Virus record (IMG/VR): IMGVR_UViG_3300032038_000054
From: an uncultured virus (IMG/VR IMGVR_UViG_3300032038_000054)
Taxonomy: Duplodnaviria > Heunggongvirae > Uroviricota > Caudoviricetes
Direction: 5' to 3' (one strand)
Length of the DNA stretch: 64,000 bases
The notes under the pieces are model-generated. The model was not told the origin of the DNA and made no database searches. It was given only the letters and a program-made list of their open reading frames with translations. The position numbers and the translations under genes are program-made. The first letter of the stretch is position 1. Every line of letters starts with the position of its first letter. Positions 1 to 9,329 of the stretch are shown here, one piece after another.

Positions 1-165
1 AGAAATGTTCTTGGGGATGAAATGATAACAATATATAAAAATGAAAGCTTAACCATTGATATATGTTATAACTATGCATACTTCGAGGTATTCGGATTAA
101 CAAATGAAGAGTTTAGAGAACTTGAAAAGTATTACGACTCTTTAGAAGAAAGCGAGAAGGAATAA
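1..165 (+). CDS. Hypothetical protein, 5'-truncated by window edge
   Basis: Frame 1 is open from base 1 (RNVLGDEMITIY...YFEVFGLTNEEF...) to TAA at 163-165, directly followed by the next ATG. Confidence 0.7.
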   Translation, partial: RNVLGDEMITIYKNESLTIDICYNYAYFEVFGLTNEEFRELEKYYDSLEESEKE

Positions 166-642
166 ATGGAAAAGAAAGAACTAAAAGCAACAACGCAAAA
201 AAGTTATTACGGGAAAGCAATAGTAATAGAAGATAAGTTCGGAAATAAAAGACTGAAAAGCTATAAAACAATAGTAGCAGAAATCACAAGAAAGGGAAAA
301 TTCAAAAGGCTATGGGAAGGATATAGCCAAACGACAATGAATCATATAAATGAATTTAGAAAAGAAAATGGGCTAGAAAAAATCAATGCAAAAGAATGGA
401 AGAACATGCAAGTAGAAAAAAGGGATGAAAAAAGAAAAAGATGGGTATATGTTCTAAGAGATACAAAAAAGAAAACAAATGAAATATTTGAAATAGAACA
501 AAAAAGAAACGCTCTAACAAGAGCTTTAAGAAAAGAAAAATACGGAAATTTTCTAGCATTAAAAAGCTTTATAGAAATAGCACACAAAGGAGCGAAAATA
601 TATTTAAGTGACAACGCAATTCTATCAATAGAGCAAATTTAA
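166..642 (+). CDS. Hypothetical basic protein (158 aa)
   Basis: ORF track; AAGGA RBS; tight packing with neighbours. Confidence 0.8.
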   Translation: MEKKELKATTQKSYYGKAIVIEDKFGNKRLKSYKTIVAEITRKGKFKRLWEGYSQTTMNHINEFRKENGLEKINAKEWKNMQVEKRDEKRKRWVYVLRDTKKKTNEIFEIEQKRNALTRALRKEKYGNFLALKSFIEIAHKGAKIYLSDNAILSIEQI

Positions 643-652
643 GAGGTGAACA

Positions 653-856
653 ATGAATATAATAACATTACAAGCATTAACAAAAATGTGCTTAAAAGAA
701 ATGGATAAAGGAAACGGGAATAAGGTAGTAATGGTAAGAAACAATACGAAATTTGGAAATTTCACGCCAATATTAGCAGAATTTGAAGATAACAAAGACG
801 AAATAAACAAAAATATAAAAACAAGCAGTCCAGAAAACTTTATATTACTAGGGTGA
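653..856 (+). CDS. Hypothetical protein (67 aa)
   Basis: GAGGTG RBS upstream. Confidence 0.7.
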   Translation: MNIITLQALTKMCLKEMDKGNGNKVVMVRNNTKFGNFTPILAEFEDNKDEINKNIKTSSPENFILLG

Positions 857-859
857 AAA

Positions 860-1006
860 ATGAGCGAGAAAGAATTTGAAAGATTCATAAAAAGATACAA
901 AGAAACAAGAATAGCAAATAGAATAATGAATATAACGATAAACGTAATGATAATACTGTTAATCATAGTAAATATAGAAATATTAATATTATTAAACATG
1001 AGGTGA
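860..1006 (+). CDS. Small membrane protein (48 aa)
   Basis: Read by hand: MSEKEFERFIKRYKETRIANRIMNITINVMIILLIIVNIEILILLNMR*; fills the gap between neighbours. Confidence 0.55.
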   Translation: MSEKEFERFIKRYKETRIANRIMNITINVMIILLIIVNIEILILLNMR

Positions 1007-1008
1007 GA

Positions 1009-1284
1009 ATGAGGTTTATAGCGACAAAAGAGGCAATAAATAAACTAAATACATACAAAATGACGGAACTGGAAGTAGCACAAGAGCATAAGGCGTTATG
1101 GAATATTGAACATGAAGGAGGGAATATTGGGCAAGCAATAATAAATTTCAAGAACAAAGATTTAATAATAGCACCAGTAGGTAAGAGAACAGCATTAATA
1201 TATAAATACAAGCAAGAAATAAAGGGTGATTATAGAGCATTACCAGAAATAGAATATAACGGGAAAGAATGGAAAACAAAATAA
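1009..1284 (+). CDS. Hypothetical protein
   Basis: ORF track 1003..1284; ATG at 1009 follows GAGGTG. Confidence 0.7.
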   Translation: MRFIATKEAINKLNTYKMTELEVAQEHKALWNIEHEGGNIGQAIINFKNKDLIIAPVGKRTALIYKYKQEIKGDYRALPEIEYNGKEWKTK

Positions 1285-1313
1285 TAGACAAAGCGAATAT
1301 ATATTCGTATAAT
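1285..1313 (+). promoter_or_regulatory. Sigma-A-type promoter with a palindromic operator in the spacer
   Basis: TAGACA-17 nt-TATAAT; spacer contains the perfect palindrome CGAATATATATTCG (1294-1307). Confidence 0.7.
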
Positions 1314-1327
1314 AAAAGAGAAGCGAA

Positions 1328-1564
1328 ATGAAAAAAGATGAATGGATTTTAAGCAAAGAGCTAGGAAGAATAAGAAAATATGGAATAAATTTTCAAGCGC
1401 AAAGAGCAAATGAAACACAAGCAGGAAACCAAGCGGAATTAAGATATGACATAGTAACAGAAAAGACAAGAGAAGTAATAGTGCCGTATTGTACAATAGA
1501 AGAAATAATGTCAGTAACACTAGCACTAGAAAAAGTAATGGAAAGATTGAAAGATAGTGGATAG
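1328..1564 (+). CDS. Hypothetical protein (78 aa)
   Basis: ORF track; first gene after the 1285 promoter. Confidence 0.65.
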   Translation: MKKDEWILSKELGRIRKYGINFQAQRANETQAGNQAELRYDIVTEKTREVIVPYCTIEEIMSVTLALEKVMERLKDSG

Positions 1565-2237
1565 ATTGAAGAAAAGACATGAAATATGGATTGCAATAGC
1601 AATAGTTCTTATGATGATTAACGTCATATTTGTAATAATCTCATTACCAATATTATTAGTCGTATTTATAGATTATAGTTTATGTAAAAGCAAAAAAGAA
1701 ATAAAAGAAGAAGAAATAATACCAGAAGAAACAAGAAATCCAGAAATCATAAGAGCAGTATATGAAGACATAGAAGAAAGAAAACAAAAAGAAAGAGAAT
1801 ACGAAAAAATTATAGATGTAAGACAATTTGAAGGAAGAGATGATGTAAAAAAAGAAGAGGTAGAAGAATATATATGGCATCATCAAATAGGAGCAGGAAG
1901 AAGAGAAATAGAATTAATAATAAAAAAAATAATAAAAGTATGTAATATAACAGAAGAAGAAGGAAAAGAAATAATAGCAGAGCATTACTTAAAAGGAAGA
2001 GGAGATTGGGAGAACAACGAAGAAAAAAAGATAGAAAGAGAATATATAAGAAAAAGAATACGTGAAAAAGAAAATGATTATAAAAAAGTAGATGAAATAA
2101 TAAAAAAAGTAGAAAGCAAAATAGGAGAAAGCGAAAAAATAACAAAAGAAATAAGGGATAAGAAGAAAGAAAATGCAACATATGAATACATATTTCATTA
2201 TGAAGAATGGTTAAAGAAGAGGAAAAAGAATGAATGA
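1557..2237 (+). CDS. Membrane-anchored, highly charged protein (226 aa)
   Basis: N-terminal hydrophobic stretch IWIAIAIVLMMINVIFVIISLPILLVVFI followed by an E/K-rich body; overlaps the FtsK start. Confidence 0.75.
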   Translation: MDRLKKRHEIWIAIAIVLMMINVIFVIISLPILLVVFIDYSLCKSKKEIKEEEIIPEETRNPEIIRAVYEDIEERKQKEREYEKIIDVRQFEGRDDVKKEEVEEYIWHHQIGAGRREIELIIKKIIKVCNITEEEGKEIIAEHYLKGRGDWENNEEKKIEREYIRKRIREKENDYKKVDEIIKKVESKIGESEKITKEIRDKKKENATYEYIFHYEEWLKKRKKNE

Positions 2238-3546
2238 AAAAGGATTGATGAGATTTTCCGTAGGAATGTTCGCACTAGGACAAATGTTAAAGAAAAACGA
2301 CAACAAAGGAAAAGAACTTTTCAAAAAGAATAACTATTATAATCCGTTCAGATTACCACAAATGAATCATCCAGTATTCGGGAAATTATTTACAACCACA
2401 ACAAAAGGAGCAGAAAGAAATGGAAAAGCAAAAGAAACAGCGGAGAAAATATGCGATGAGATATATAGATTGGAAAACATAGAAATGATACCGCTTTACT
2501 ATAAAGAAGGCGCAAGCACAATAAAAATAAAAGTAAAACCAATAACAAACATAAAGAAAAGCTTCAATATACAACGACAAATAAAATACATAGTAGGAAA
2601 TGAGGAAGCAAGAATATATCCAGAAGGAGATAGAATAACAATAGAGATACCAAACAAAGGCAATGCAGTAAGGTTTGGAAATCTAATAAATGACGTGAAA
2701 TACAAAATAAATCAAAGCAAGACATATGTACCAATAGGAGAGAATATAGAAGGAGAAACTGTATTTGGAGACATAAAAGAAATGCCACATATGTTAGTGG
2801 CAGGAGCGACAGGAAGCGGTAAATCAGTGTTTATAAACGGCATAATTGCATCGTTATTAATAAAAAACACGCCATATGATATGAAAATGATATTGATTGA
2901 CCCGAAGATGGTAGAGTTTAGAATGTATGCAGAACTTGACTATGTAAAATACGTAACAGAGATAAAAGAAGCAATAGAAGTATTGAATAGTCTATGCGTA
3001 GAAATGGATAAGCGATATGATTTAATGGCATCAAAGGGATGTAGAAATATAGAAACATACAATGAAAAATACAAAAATGTAAGACTGCCGAAAATACTAC
3101 TGGTAGTAGACGAGATGGCAGATATGATAATAAATAAAGCACACGGAAAGGAAGTAGAAAGAAACATAATAAGATTAGCGCAGAAAGCAAGAGCATGTGG
3201 AATGCACATGGTATTAGCGACACAAAGACCATCAAGAGAGGTTGTAACAGGTCTAATAAAAGCAAATATTCCATGTAGAGCATGTCTGGCAGTGACTTCA
3301 AGAACAGAAAGCATGATTATGTTAGACCAAACAGGAGCAGAAAAATTACAAGGACATGGCGACATGCTATTTTTAGATGGAATAAATAATAGAGAGCCAA
3401 AAAGATTACAGGCAGGTTTAATAACAGACAATGAAATAAAAAACCTAGTAATATCACTAGCTTTAGACAACCAACCAGAGTATGCAAATAAATTCAATTG
3501 GAATAATAAAGCAGAAGAGATAAGAAAGTATTACGGGAGAGCGTGA
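2230..3546 (+). CDS. FtsK/SpoIIIE-family DNA translocase motor domain, with no evident N-terminal TM region or C-terminal gamma domain
   Basis: PHMLVAGATGSGKS (Walker A), LIDPKMVE, LLVVDEMAD (Walker B), RLAQKARACGMHMVLATQRPS, GAEKLQGHGDML. Confidence 0.93.
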   Translation: MNEKGLMRFSVGMFALGQMLKKNDNKGKELFKKNNYYNPFRLPQMNHPVFGKLFTTTTKGAERNGKAKETAEKICDEIYRLENIEMIPLYYKEGASTIKIKVKPITNIKKSFNIQRQIKYIVGNEEARIYPEGDRITIEIPNKGNAVRFGNLINDVKYKINQSKTYVPIGENIEGETVFGDIKEMPHMLVAGATGSGKSVFINGIIASLLIKNTPYDMKMILIDPKMVEFRMYAELDYVKYVTEIKEAIEVLNSLCVEMDKRYDLMASKGCRNIETYNEKYKNVRLPKILLVVDEMADMIINKAHGKEVERNIIRLAQKARACGMHMVLATQRPSREVVTGLIKANIPCRACLAVTSRTESMIMLDQTGAEKLQGHGDMLFLDGINNREPKRLQAGLITDNEIKNLVISLALDNQPEYANKFNWNNKAEEIRKYYGRA

Positions 3547-4166
3547 ATGGAATGAATAAAAAAACATCATGCATAACAGAAGAACAATTTAATAAGATAA
3601 TAAATATCATATACAATGGAACAAATAATGGCAAAATAAAACCATCAAAAGAAATAGCACTAATATTAACAATAACAGGAAATTGTGCGCTAAGAATAGG
3701 AGATTGTACAAAACTAAAATTAAAATCATTCATAAAAGAAGGAGGCGAATATAAATATAACATAATAGAAGAAAAGACAGGTAAATCAAGAACATGTATC
3801 ATTCCAAAAGAAATATATGGGATGATTAAAGAATATGCAGAGAAAGAAGGGAAAGGCGAAGAAGAAAATATATTTAGTATAACAGTAAGAGCAATACAAT
3901 ACAAATTAGCAAGCGTAGCAAAATATTTAGGAGAGGATTATGTAAATATAAGCACACATTCATTCAGAAAATGCGCAGGAATGAGAATATACAGGCTAAG
4001 CGGAAATGATATAGAGCTAACAAGAAAATTTCTGAATCATTCATCAGTAAGCACAACGCAAAGATATCTTGGCGTAAACAATGATGATATAAACAGAATA
4101 TTAAAATCAAACTACAAGATACCATTTAAGGAGGAAAATGAGCTATACGGTCAACATAAGAAATAA
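3543..4166 (+). CDS. Small tyrosine recombinase, catalytic domain only (207 aa)
   Basis: ALRIGD (R), EEKTGK (K), THSFRK (HxxR), LNHSS (H), TQRYLG (Y). Confidence 0.9.
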   Translation: MNGMNKKTSCITEEQFNKIINIIYNGTNNGKIKPSKEIALILTITGNCALRIGDCTKLKLKSFIKEGGEYKYNIIEEKTGKSRTCIIPKEIYGMIKEYAEKEGKGEEENIFSITVRAIQYKLASVAKYLGEDYVNISTHSFRKCAGMRIYRLSGNDIELTRKFLNHSSVSTTQRYLGVNNDDINRILKSNYKIPFKEENELYGQHKK

Positions 4167-4293
4167 ATACCATAATTTCATAGAAAAAATAGATGAATTT
4201 AAAACGTACAAAGAAGCAGAAAATTATATTAAAGAATCACACGTAGACATTGATAATTCATGCGAAGAATTTGAAATAATAGAGGTAGAATAA
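4138..4293 (+). CDS. Hypothetical protein (51 aa)
   Basis: AAGGAGG RBS, then MSYTVNIRNK...FEIIEVE*; abuts the next ATG. Confidence 0.6.
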   Translation: MSYTVNIRNKYHNFIEKIDEFKTYKEAENYIKESHVDIDNSCEEFEIIEVE

Positions 4294-4623
4294 ATGAGGA
4301 GATATTTAGGAATAATAACAATATTAATAATGATATTTGCAATGAGCGTAAAAGTCAAAGCATCATACGAAGAAGAATGGCTTGCGAAAAAGAAAGCACA
4401 ACAGGAAAAATACATGAAAGAATTGGAGGCAGAAGGAAATTTAACGGAAGAAGCATACAAGTCAATAACAAAAAAGGATGCAAAGAAAAAGAAAAGAAAT
4501 GAAAAGAATATTCAGCAAGAAAATAAAGGCTTAGTGTATGGTGTAGATGAATTACATATAACAGGATTGCCAACAGACGAAAGAGGTTATACGCAAGCAG
4601 GAAATTATGGGGAAATAGACTAA
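4294..4623 (+). CDS. Putative secreted protein (109 aa)
   Basis: Signal-peptide-like N-terminus MRRYLGIITILIMIFAMSVKVKA. Confidence 0.7.
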   Translation: MRRYLGIITILIMIFAMSVKVKASYEEEWLAKKKAQQEKYMKELEAEGNLTEEAYKSITKKDAKKKKRNEKNIQQENKGLVYGVDELHITGLPTDERGYTQAGNYGEID

Positions 4624-4655
4624 AATATCAAGGCAAATTAGGATAGGGGAAAAAG

Positions 4656-4922
4656 ATGATAGATTGGCTATATAAAAACAAAAGGAATGAAAATAAATTC
4701 ATCGAAGTAAGAAGATATGACGATGGACATTATGTTTGGAAACAATCAATAAGGCACAAAGCAAAAATAGAAAAGAAATCAAACATAGAAATCGACATAT
4801 TGAATTATACAGGATGCTCATTAAAAAGATGCAAGAAAGGAGTATGGAAAAGACAAAGAAAAGGCGTAATTGATGAAGTATTAAATGATTATAACATTGT
4901 AAAAAGTAAAATAGAGGCTTAA
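4656..4922 (+). CDS. Hypothetical protein (88 aa)
   Basis: ORF track; ends inside the terminator. Confidence 0.7.
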   Translation: MIDWLYKNKRNENKFIEVRRYDDGHYVWKQSIRHKAKIEKKSNIEIDILNYTGCSLKRCKKGVWKRQRKGVIDEVLNDYNIVKSKIEA

Positions 4923-4942
4923 TTTCAGCCTCTATTTTTTTT
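4908..4942. terminator. Intrinsic terminator at the convergence of the plus- and minus-strand blocks, probably bidirectional
   Basis: AAAATAGAGGCT-loop-AGCCTCTATTTTTTTT. Confidence 0.85.
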
Positions 4943-4970
4943 AGCATTGCGCACCAAGGGGTTACTATAA

Positions 4971-5279
4971 TTACTTTTTGAAGTCAAGTGTCTTAGCCTC
5001 GACTATGCTCTTAAAAATTTGTCCAAAATCGGAATGCCCTACAATTTCATAATCAGTAGTGGTTGCTCTAAAACAAAGGACATTGCCATATTCTGTCATA
5101 GCAAGTAAAACTTGTCCGTCAGAAGTAAAACCGTAAAATGGAGCGAAGGCGCAACCCAGAGCATAGCCAAAAATAATTCCAGTCTTATCTGGCATAAACT
5201 TATATCGAACAATATCACCTATTTTATAACCAAAGTCACTCTTATCCATGTTGTTACCTCGCAATAAATGTAAATCCAA
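4971..5279 (-). CDS. Hypothetical protein (probable start at 5249, MDKSDF)
   Basis: ORF track; GAGG RBS before the second Met. Confidence 0.65.
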   Translation of the reverse strand: MDLHLLRGNNMDKSDFGYKIGDIVRYKFMPDKTGIIFGYALGCAFAPFYGFTSDGQVLLAMTEYGNVLCFRATTTDYEIVGHSDFGQIFKSIVEAKTLDFKK

Positions 5280-8200
5280 TATAAAAAGTTGTATTTGCAG
5301 TCACAGAAAGAGATTTTCTACAATGAAGACCAGTGTAACTGTACCAAAAAGACACGCCGCCAGCCTCAACATTAACCCATCCATTAGGATTAGCAGGTAA
5401 TCCACCAAATAACACAGCGCCACCGCTATAAGTTTTTGACGCACTAAATTTCATAATGCATGTAACTTGTACAATATCACCGCGTCTAACATAAGTTAAT
5501 TGAGTTAATAATACATTAGAATCTCTTGTAGCATAATTGGGCGTTCCCGCCGCATTATCATAAAAATAACTAATATCAAGTGCATTATCTCTATCAACTC
5601 CTATTAAATGATATCTTGTACCATCGTAAATAAAAGTGGCTAAATCTCCCGCATGAATAGCATACGCCTTTATATTTGCGCCCCTATGCCATATATTTTT
5701 AGCTCCTTTTGAATTAATATTCATTGTTGCATTAGCAGGAACAGCGTTGGTGAATTTAACAGAAACATAGCCGTTAGTAACTAAATTATACCCACTAAGA
5801 GTTACTACCTTGGCGGATGTAGCTTCTGCGGTAGAACATGTACCATAGCCAGAGCCTAAACTTTGTGGAGTATAAGTAGTGTTATCATCAGAGCCATGTG
5901 ATTGCCAAACCCAAGAACCGCCATCGAATACATATGTAACATATCTATTAGAATAACCGAACGCAGTATTATTAGTGCCAGTAGGATAGGCATTGTTGTA
6001 ATAAATATTATAAGCACCAGTTCCATTAACATTAAGGGTAACTTTATTTTCGCTAGTAGCACTATACGAATTGGAGTTTTTGAATTTAACACAAACAGTA
6101 ACTCCTTTTCTTAATTTAAAATAGCCATCAACTGTAGCAACCTTATCTTTCACGTCAGCCGCCGTCTCGCAAGCCCCTATATAAATATTGCCCTTATAAA
6201 AAGTATCATTAGGTCTATATGTGTCATTTGAAAAAGCAGGTCTAAGCATGGGCTTAAAAACCTTATTATTAACAGTTGTGCCTTTTACAATTCTAATAAA
6301 ATAATTCTGGGTAGTATAAGAACCCGCGTAATCTTCAAGTTTAATTTTTTTTCCTTCACCATAATCATAAAAGGCTGATTCACCATCCTTATAGGAAAAT
6401 TTTAATTGTAAATCAAGCATGTAGGTAGAAGAAGAACCGCCGCTAGGACAACCAGATAAAATATACTCTCCCGCAGGAAGGTCATATGTGTTTATCGAAT
6501 GACCTGCAAGAACACAACTCGAATCGGCAGTAGCAGTTCCGTTTACAGTAATTTCACCAGTAGTAGGATTAAAAGTATAAGCAATACCGTTATTAACGTT
6601 AGAGTGAGTGCCATAACTCCATGAAGGCAAAAGGTTCTTGCCAGTAGCAGTCATAAGGGCGGATAAATCTCTGTCAAGAGATAACTGCCTCCATTCAGTC
6701 CATTTATTTTGGATGTTGTAATTATCATAAGACCTAAAAAAAATATTATAACTTTGAGATACATTAAAGCTATCAGACGAATGGTTAAGCGCGTAAGTAA
6801 TATAAAATTGCGTCGCATAAGACGAATCCGCAACCCTCATCACAGTTAACTTTCCCGCGAGTTTTGTGGGAATATTTAAAATAGTATTAGCCCTATTATT
6901 TGACGCAACATTATAAATGCCCTCTGTCTTATAATTATTCAAATCAGCATTATCTGGAATTTCTTGCCCATAATATACTAGGGATTGGTCTTGCTCGACA
7001 AGCCTCTTGTCGCCTCGCCAGTTGCCGTTTTTAACATAGTTATACATTAAAGCACCATTAGCTACGTTATGCTTTAATTGAAATCCATTGTTACCAAAAA
7101 AGACGTTATCAACAACGTAACCAGAAGTATCAGCCACATAATTCTGCCCCGCAACACTGCTAGAAACATCGAACGAAACAACATGATAAACGTCGTTGAT
7201 AGAGTCATACATAAGCGTTATATAATGTACACCTCTTAAACGTAAACCATCATTAACTCTTATAGTATTATTATGGTAATACCAAATAGGCTTCGCGCCA
7301 GTGTTATTAATATTAAGAGTTGCATTCACAGGAAGCGCGCTTTCAACCCTAATCATAACCATAACGCCATTGACAAGAGAAAAATTATCTATACTCGCAG
7401 TAACAGCCGAGCCGCTAATAGTAGCGACAGCATACCCACCGTTAGGCACAGCGTCGCTTGGCGCTAATTCGCACCATGGTTGAGCTGTTCCATCGTCATC
7501 AATGCATCTAACACAAACATGAACCTTATGTCCAGTGCCTTGCCAATTAGTTATATACATTTGAACGACGCGATTGCTAGAATCTGTATCAAGAACCCAG
7601 AGTTTTCCAGACCACGCTTTGTCCATGGGCATATTTGCAATAGTAGCCGCTTTGCCGTTATCAGAAACATAATAACTGCCCGCAGTAACATAATCATTAA
7701 GGTCTGCGTTATCGGGAATAGGAGTTCCTTTGAAATCAAGAGTATGAATTGCCTCGCGAAAAGCATCCATATCACCAATTTCATACGTAAGTTTCCCTTG
7801 TTTATCCATATAGAACTTGATTCCCTTTTGTCCTTTACGGTTGCCTTGCTCATCGTAATTTCTAACATAAGCGAACCATCCAATTCTTCCATCAGGCTCG
7901 ACAATGGATTCTGTACGCATGAAAATTCTTCCGTCTTTATCAAGATGGCTTTCCATGGTAGGGTAAATTACACTTGAAACGTTATTGTTTGTCTTTGAAG
8001 CAATAACGTTGTGATGTTTAATTTCAAGTGCATCAGCAACATTCCTAATTGTATAACCTTTATCATCTGGCTGTCTAGCCACAAAATAATCTTTTATTTT
8101 TGAAATAAAAGAAGAGAAAAGGCTTTTTCTCTTCTTTTTTTCGGACACATCATAAAAAGGGATATAATCTTCATCAGAAATATCCGCTACTTCATCTTTT

Positions 8201-8346
8201 ACAGCATAATAATCCGCCCTACCTTCTATTCCTACGCCAGATTTCTTATGCGCTGTATCGCCTTTCGTGAGCTTTTCTTCGTCAACAGAATCCTGTCTTA
8301 GATTTATCAAATCATCACCATTAAATCTAACTTGATTAACAGCCAT
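5254..8346 (-). CDS. Modular tail fibre / receptor-binding protein (1030 aa)
   Basis: Two knob-like repeats (IPDNADLNxYxTxGxYxV...GKLxV...QxYI) and three repeats of the type TLNINxxGAKxIWY; beta-rich composition. Confidence 0.8.
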   Translation of the reverse strand: MAVNQVRFNGDDLINLRQDSVDEEKLTKGDTAHKKSGVGIEGRADYYAVKDEVADISDEDYIPFYDVSEKKKRKSLFSSFISKIKDYFVARQPDDKGYTIRNVADALEIKHHNVIASKTNNNVSSVIYPTMESHLDKDGRIFMRTESIVEPDGRIGWFAYVRNYDEQGNRKGQKGIKFYMDKQGKLTYEIGDMDAFREAIHTLDFKGTPIPDNADLNDYVTAGSYYVSDNGKAATIANMPMDKAWSGKLWVLDTDSSNRVVQMYITNWQGTGHKVHVCVRCIDDDGTAQPWCELAPSDAVPNGGYAVATISGSAVTASIDNFSLVNGVMVMIRVESALPVNATLNINNTGAKPIWYYHNNTIRVNDGLRLRGVHYITLMYDSINDVYHVVSFDVSSSVAGQNYVADTSGYVVDNVFFGNNGFQLKHNVANGALMYNYVKNGNWRGDKRLVEQDQSLVYYGQEIPDNADLNNYKTEGIYNVASNNRANTILNIPTKLAGKLTVMRVADSSYATQFYITYALNHSSDSFNVSQSYNIFFRSYDNYNIQNKWTEWRQLSLDRDLSALMTATGKNLLPSWSYGTHSNVNNGIAYTFNPTTGEITVNGTATADSSCVLAGHSINTYDLPAGEYILSGCPSGGSSSTYMLDLQLKFSYKDGESAFYDYGEGKKIKLEDYAGSYTTQNYFIRIVKGTTVNNKVFKPMLRPAFSNDTYRPNDTFYKGNIYIGACETAADVKDKVATVDGYFKLRKGVTVCVKFKNSNSYSATSENKVTLNVNGTGAYNIYYNNAYPTGTNNTAFGYSNRYVTYVFDGGSWVWQSHGSDDNTTYTPQSLGSGYGTCSTAEATSAKVVTLSGYNLVTNGYVSVKFTNAVPANATMNINSKGAKNIWHRGANIKAYAIHAGDLATFIYDGTRYHLIGVDRDNALDISYFYDNAAGTPNYATRDSNVLLTQLTYVRRGDIVQVTCIMKFSASKTYSGGAVLFGGLPANPNGWVNVEAGGVSFWYSYTGLHCRKSLSVTANTTFYIGFTFIAR

Positions 8347-8569
8347 TCAAGCCATCCTTTCTAAGATATTCTATCAGCATAACAGAATACTTACTTATAA
8401 TATTACTAACTTGCCTATTAGACATGTTGATTTCTTCACTAATTTTCTCGTGTGAAAGCCCATCAATAAAGCATTTTCTTAAAATGAGTCTATCTCTTTG
8501 TGAATGGATATTTTCTTCAATTACCTCACTCATCTCGCTATTGGTATAGTTAATATTTTTTAGTCTCAT
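8336..8569 (-). CDS. Sigma-70 region-4-like HTH regulator (77 aa)
   Basis: RDRLILRKCFIDGLSHEKISEEINMSNRQVSNII. Confidence 0.75.
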   Translation of the reverse strand: MRLKNINYTNSEMSEVIEENIHSQRDRLILRKCFIDGLSHEKISEEINMSNRQVSNIISKYSVMLIEYLRKDGLNGC

Positions 8570-8614
8570 TAGTCCTCACTTAATCCCTTTGAAAAGCAAG
8601 GGTTATTTTACGAC

Positions 8615-8662
8615 AAAATAATAGCCAACCTCCGCGAAAAGGTTGGCTCTCTTTGGCTCTAC
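8615..8662 (-). terminator. Terminator-like hairpin preceded by the motif GTAGAGCCAAAGAGAGCC
   Basis: Minus strand: AGCCAACCT-loop-AGGTTGGCT-ATTATTTT. Confidence 0.6.
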
Positions 8663-8691
8663 ATTCATAAAGCTTCTGATTGTAGATGCAA

Positions 8692-8946
8692 TTATGCCTC
8701 GTCAGAATCGTTATTATGACTCTTTTTTACAAGTTTAAATACATCTTGCATCTTATTTTTCTTTAAAAAACAACACAAGCCAATCTCTTCTGCAAAAAAA
8801 CCATAAAAACATATCGTTAAAACCGTCGATTCAGCACCCGTAACGGCAAGGATTATTGTATGAGCAATCGTATATATGATAACAGAAATAACGCTTAAAA
8901 GCAACCATTTGTCAAGATTGTCCATCTTCTTCTTATCCTGCTTCAT
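8692..8946 (-). CDS. Small two-TM membrane protein (holin-like)
   Basis: AGGAG RBS before ATG at 8946; two hydrophobic segments; lies in the lysis cluster. Confidence 0.55.
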   Translation of the reverse strand: MKQDKKKMDNLDKWLLLSVISVIIYTIAHTIILAVTGAESTVLTICFYGFFAEEIGLCCFLKKNKMQDVFKLVKKSHNNDSDEA

Positions 8947-9310
8947 AAGAGTTCTCCTGCTGTTTTGTTGGCAAAGCCAAAGCTTTTTCCTTATACGATT
9001 TAGCAACATCATTGCCTCCGAGCTTAGAATATATAGAATATGTTTTATCAAGCGTCAAGCGTTCATCGCTATCACAATAGCCTTTTTCTATATACTTTTC
9101 ACATGAATTGATAATATTCATCCTCAGTAATGCTTGCACACCGTCTGCTATAAGAGCGACTTGTTCACGTTGCTTTTTCTCTGGCTCTCTGATTTTCTTT
9201 AAGCTGTTCAAAACTATCGTGGTAGCCCCAGAAACCGTTATTACTACCCCGCACACCCACGCTAAGATTGCTATGTAATCTTTTATTGATAATACACTCG
9301 TCGTACTCAT
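8933..9310 (-). CDS. Single-TM lysis-cluster protein (holin-like)
   Basis: N-terminal TM, then a GVQALLR...YSKLGGN body; near the endolysin. Confidence 0.55.
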   Translation of the reverse strand: MSTTSVLSIKDYIAILAWVCGVVITVSGATTIVLNSLKKIREPEKKQREQVALIADGVQALLRMNIINSCEKYIEKGYCDSDERLTLDKTYSIYSKLGGNDVAKSYKEKALALPTKQQENSYEAG

Positions 9311-9329
9311 CTCAAACCCCTTCCCAAAG

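Noticed and set aside
2645..2661. Self-target of the orphan guide in the FtsK gene (AGATACCAAACAAA)
   Set aside because: Needs an indel, lacks the 5' seed and TAM, and is expected by chance in A-rich DNA
342..4573. Minus-strand Phe/Leu-rich ORFs in the left block
   Set aside because: Shadow frames of the A-rich plus-strand genes
5254..8346. Diversity-generating retroelement acting on the tail fibre
   Set aside because: No reverse transcriptase and no near-identical TR/VR pair seen in the window
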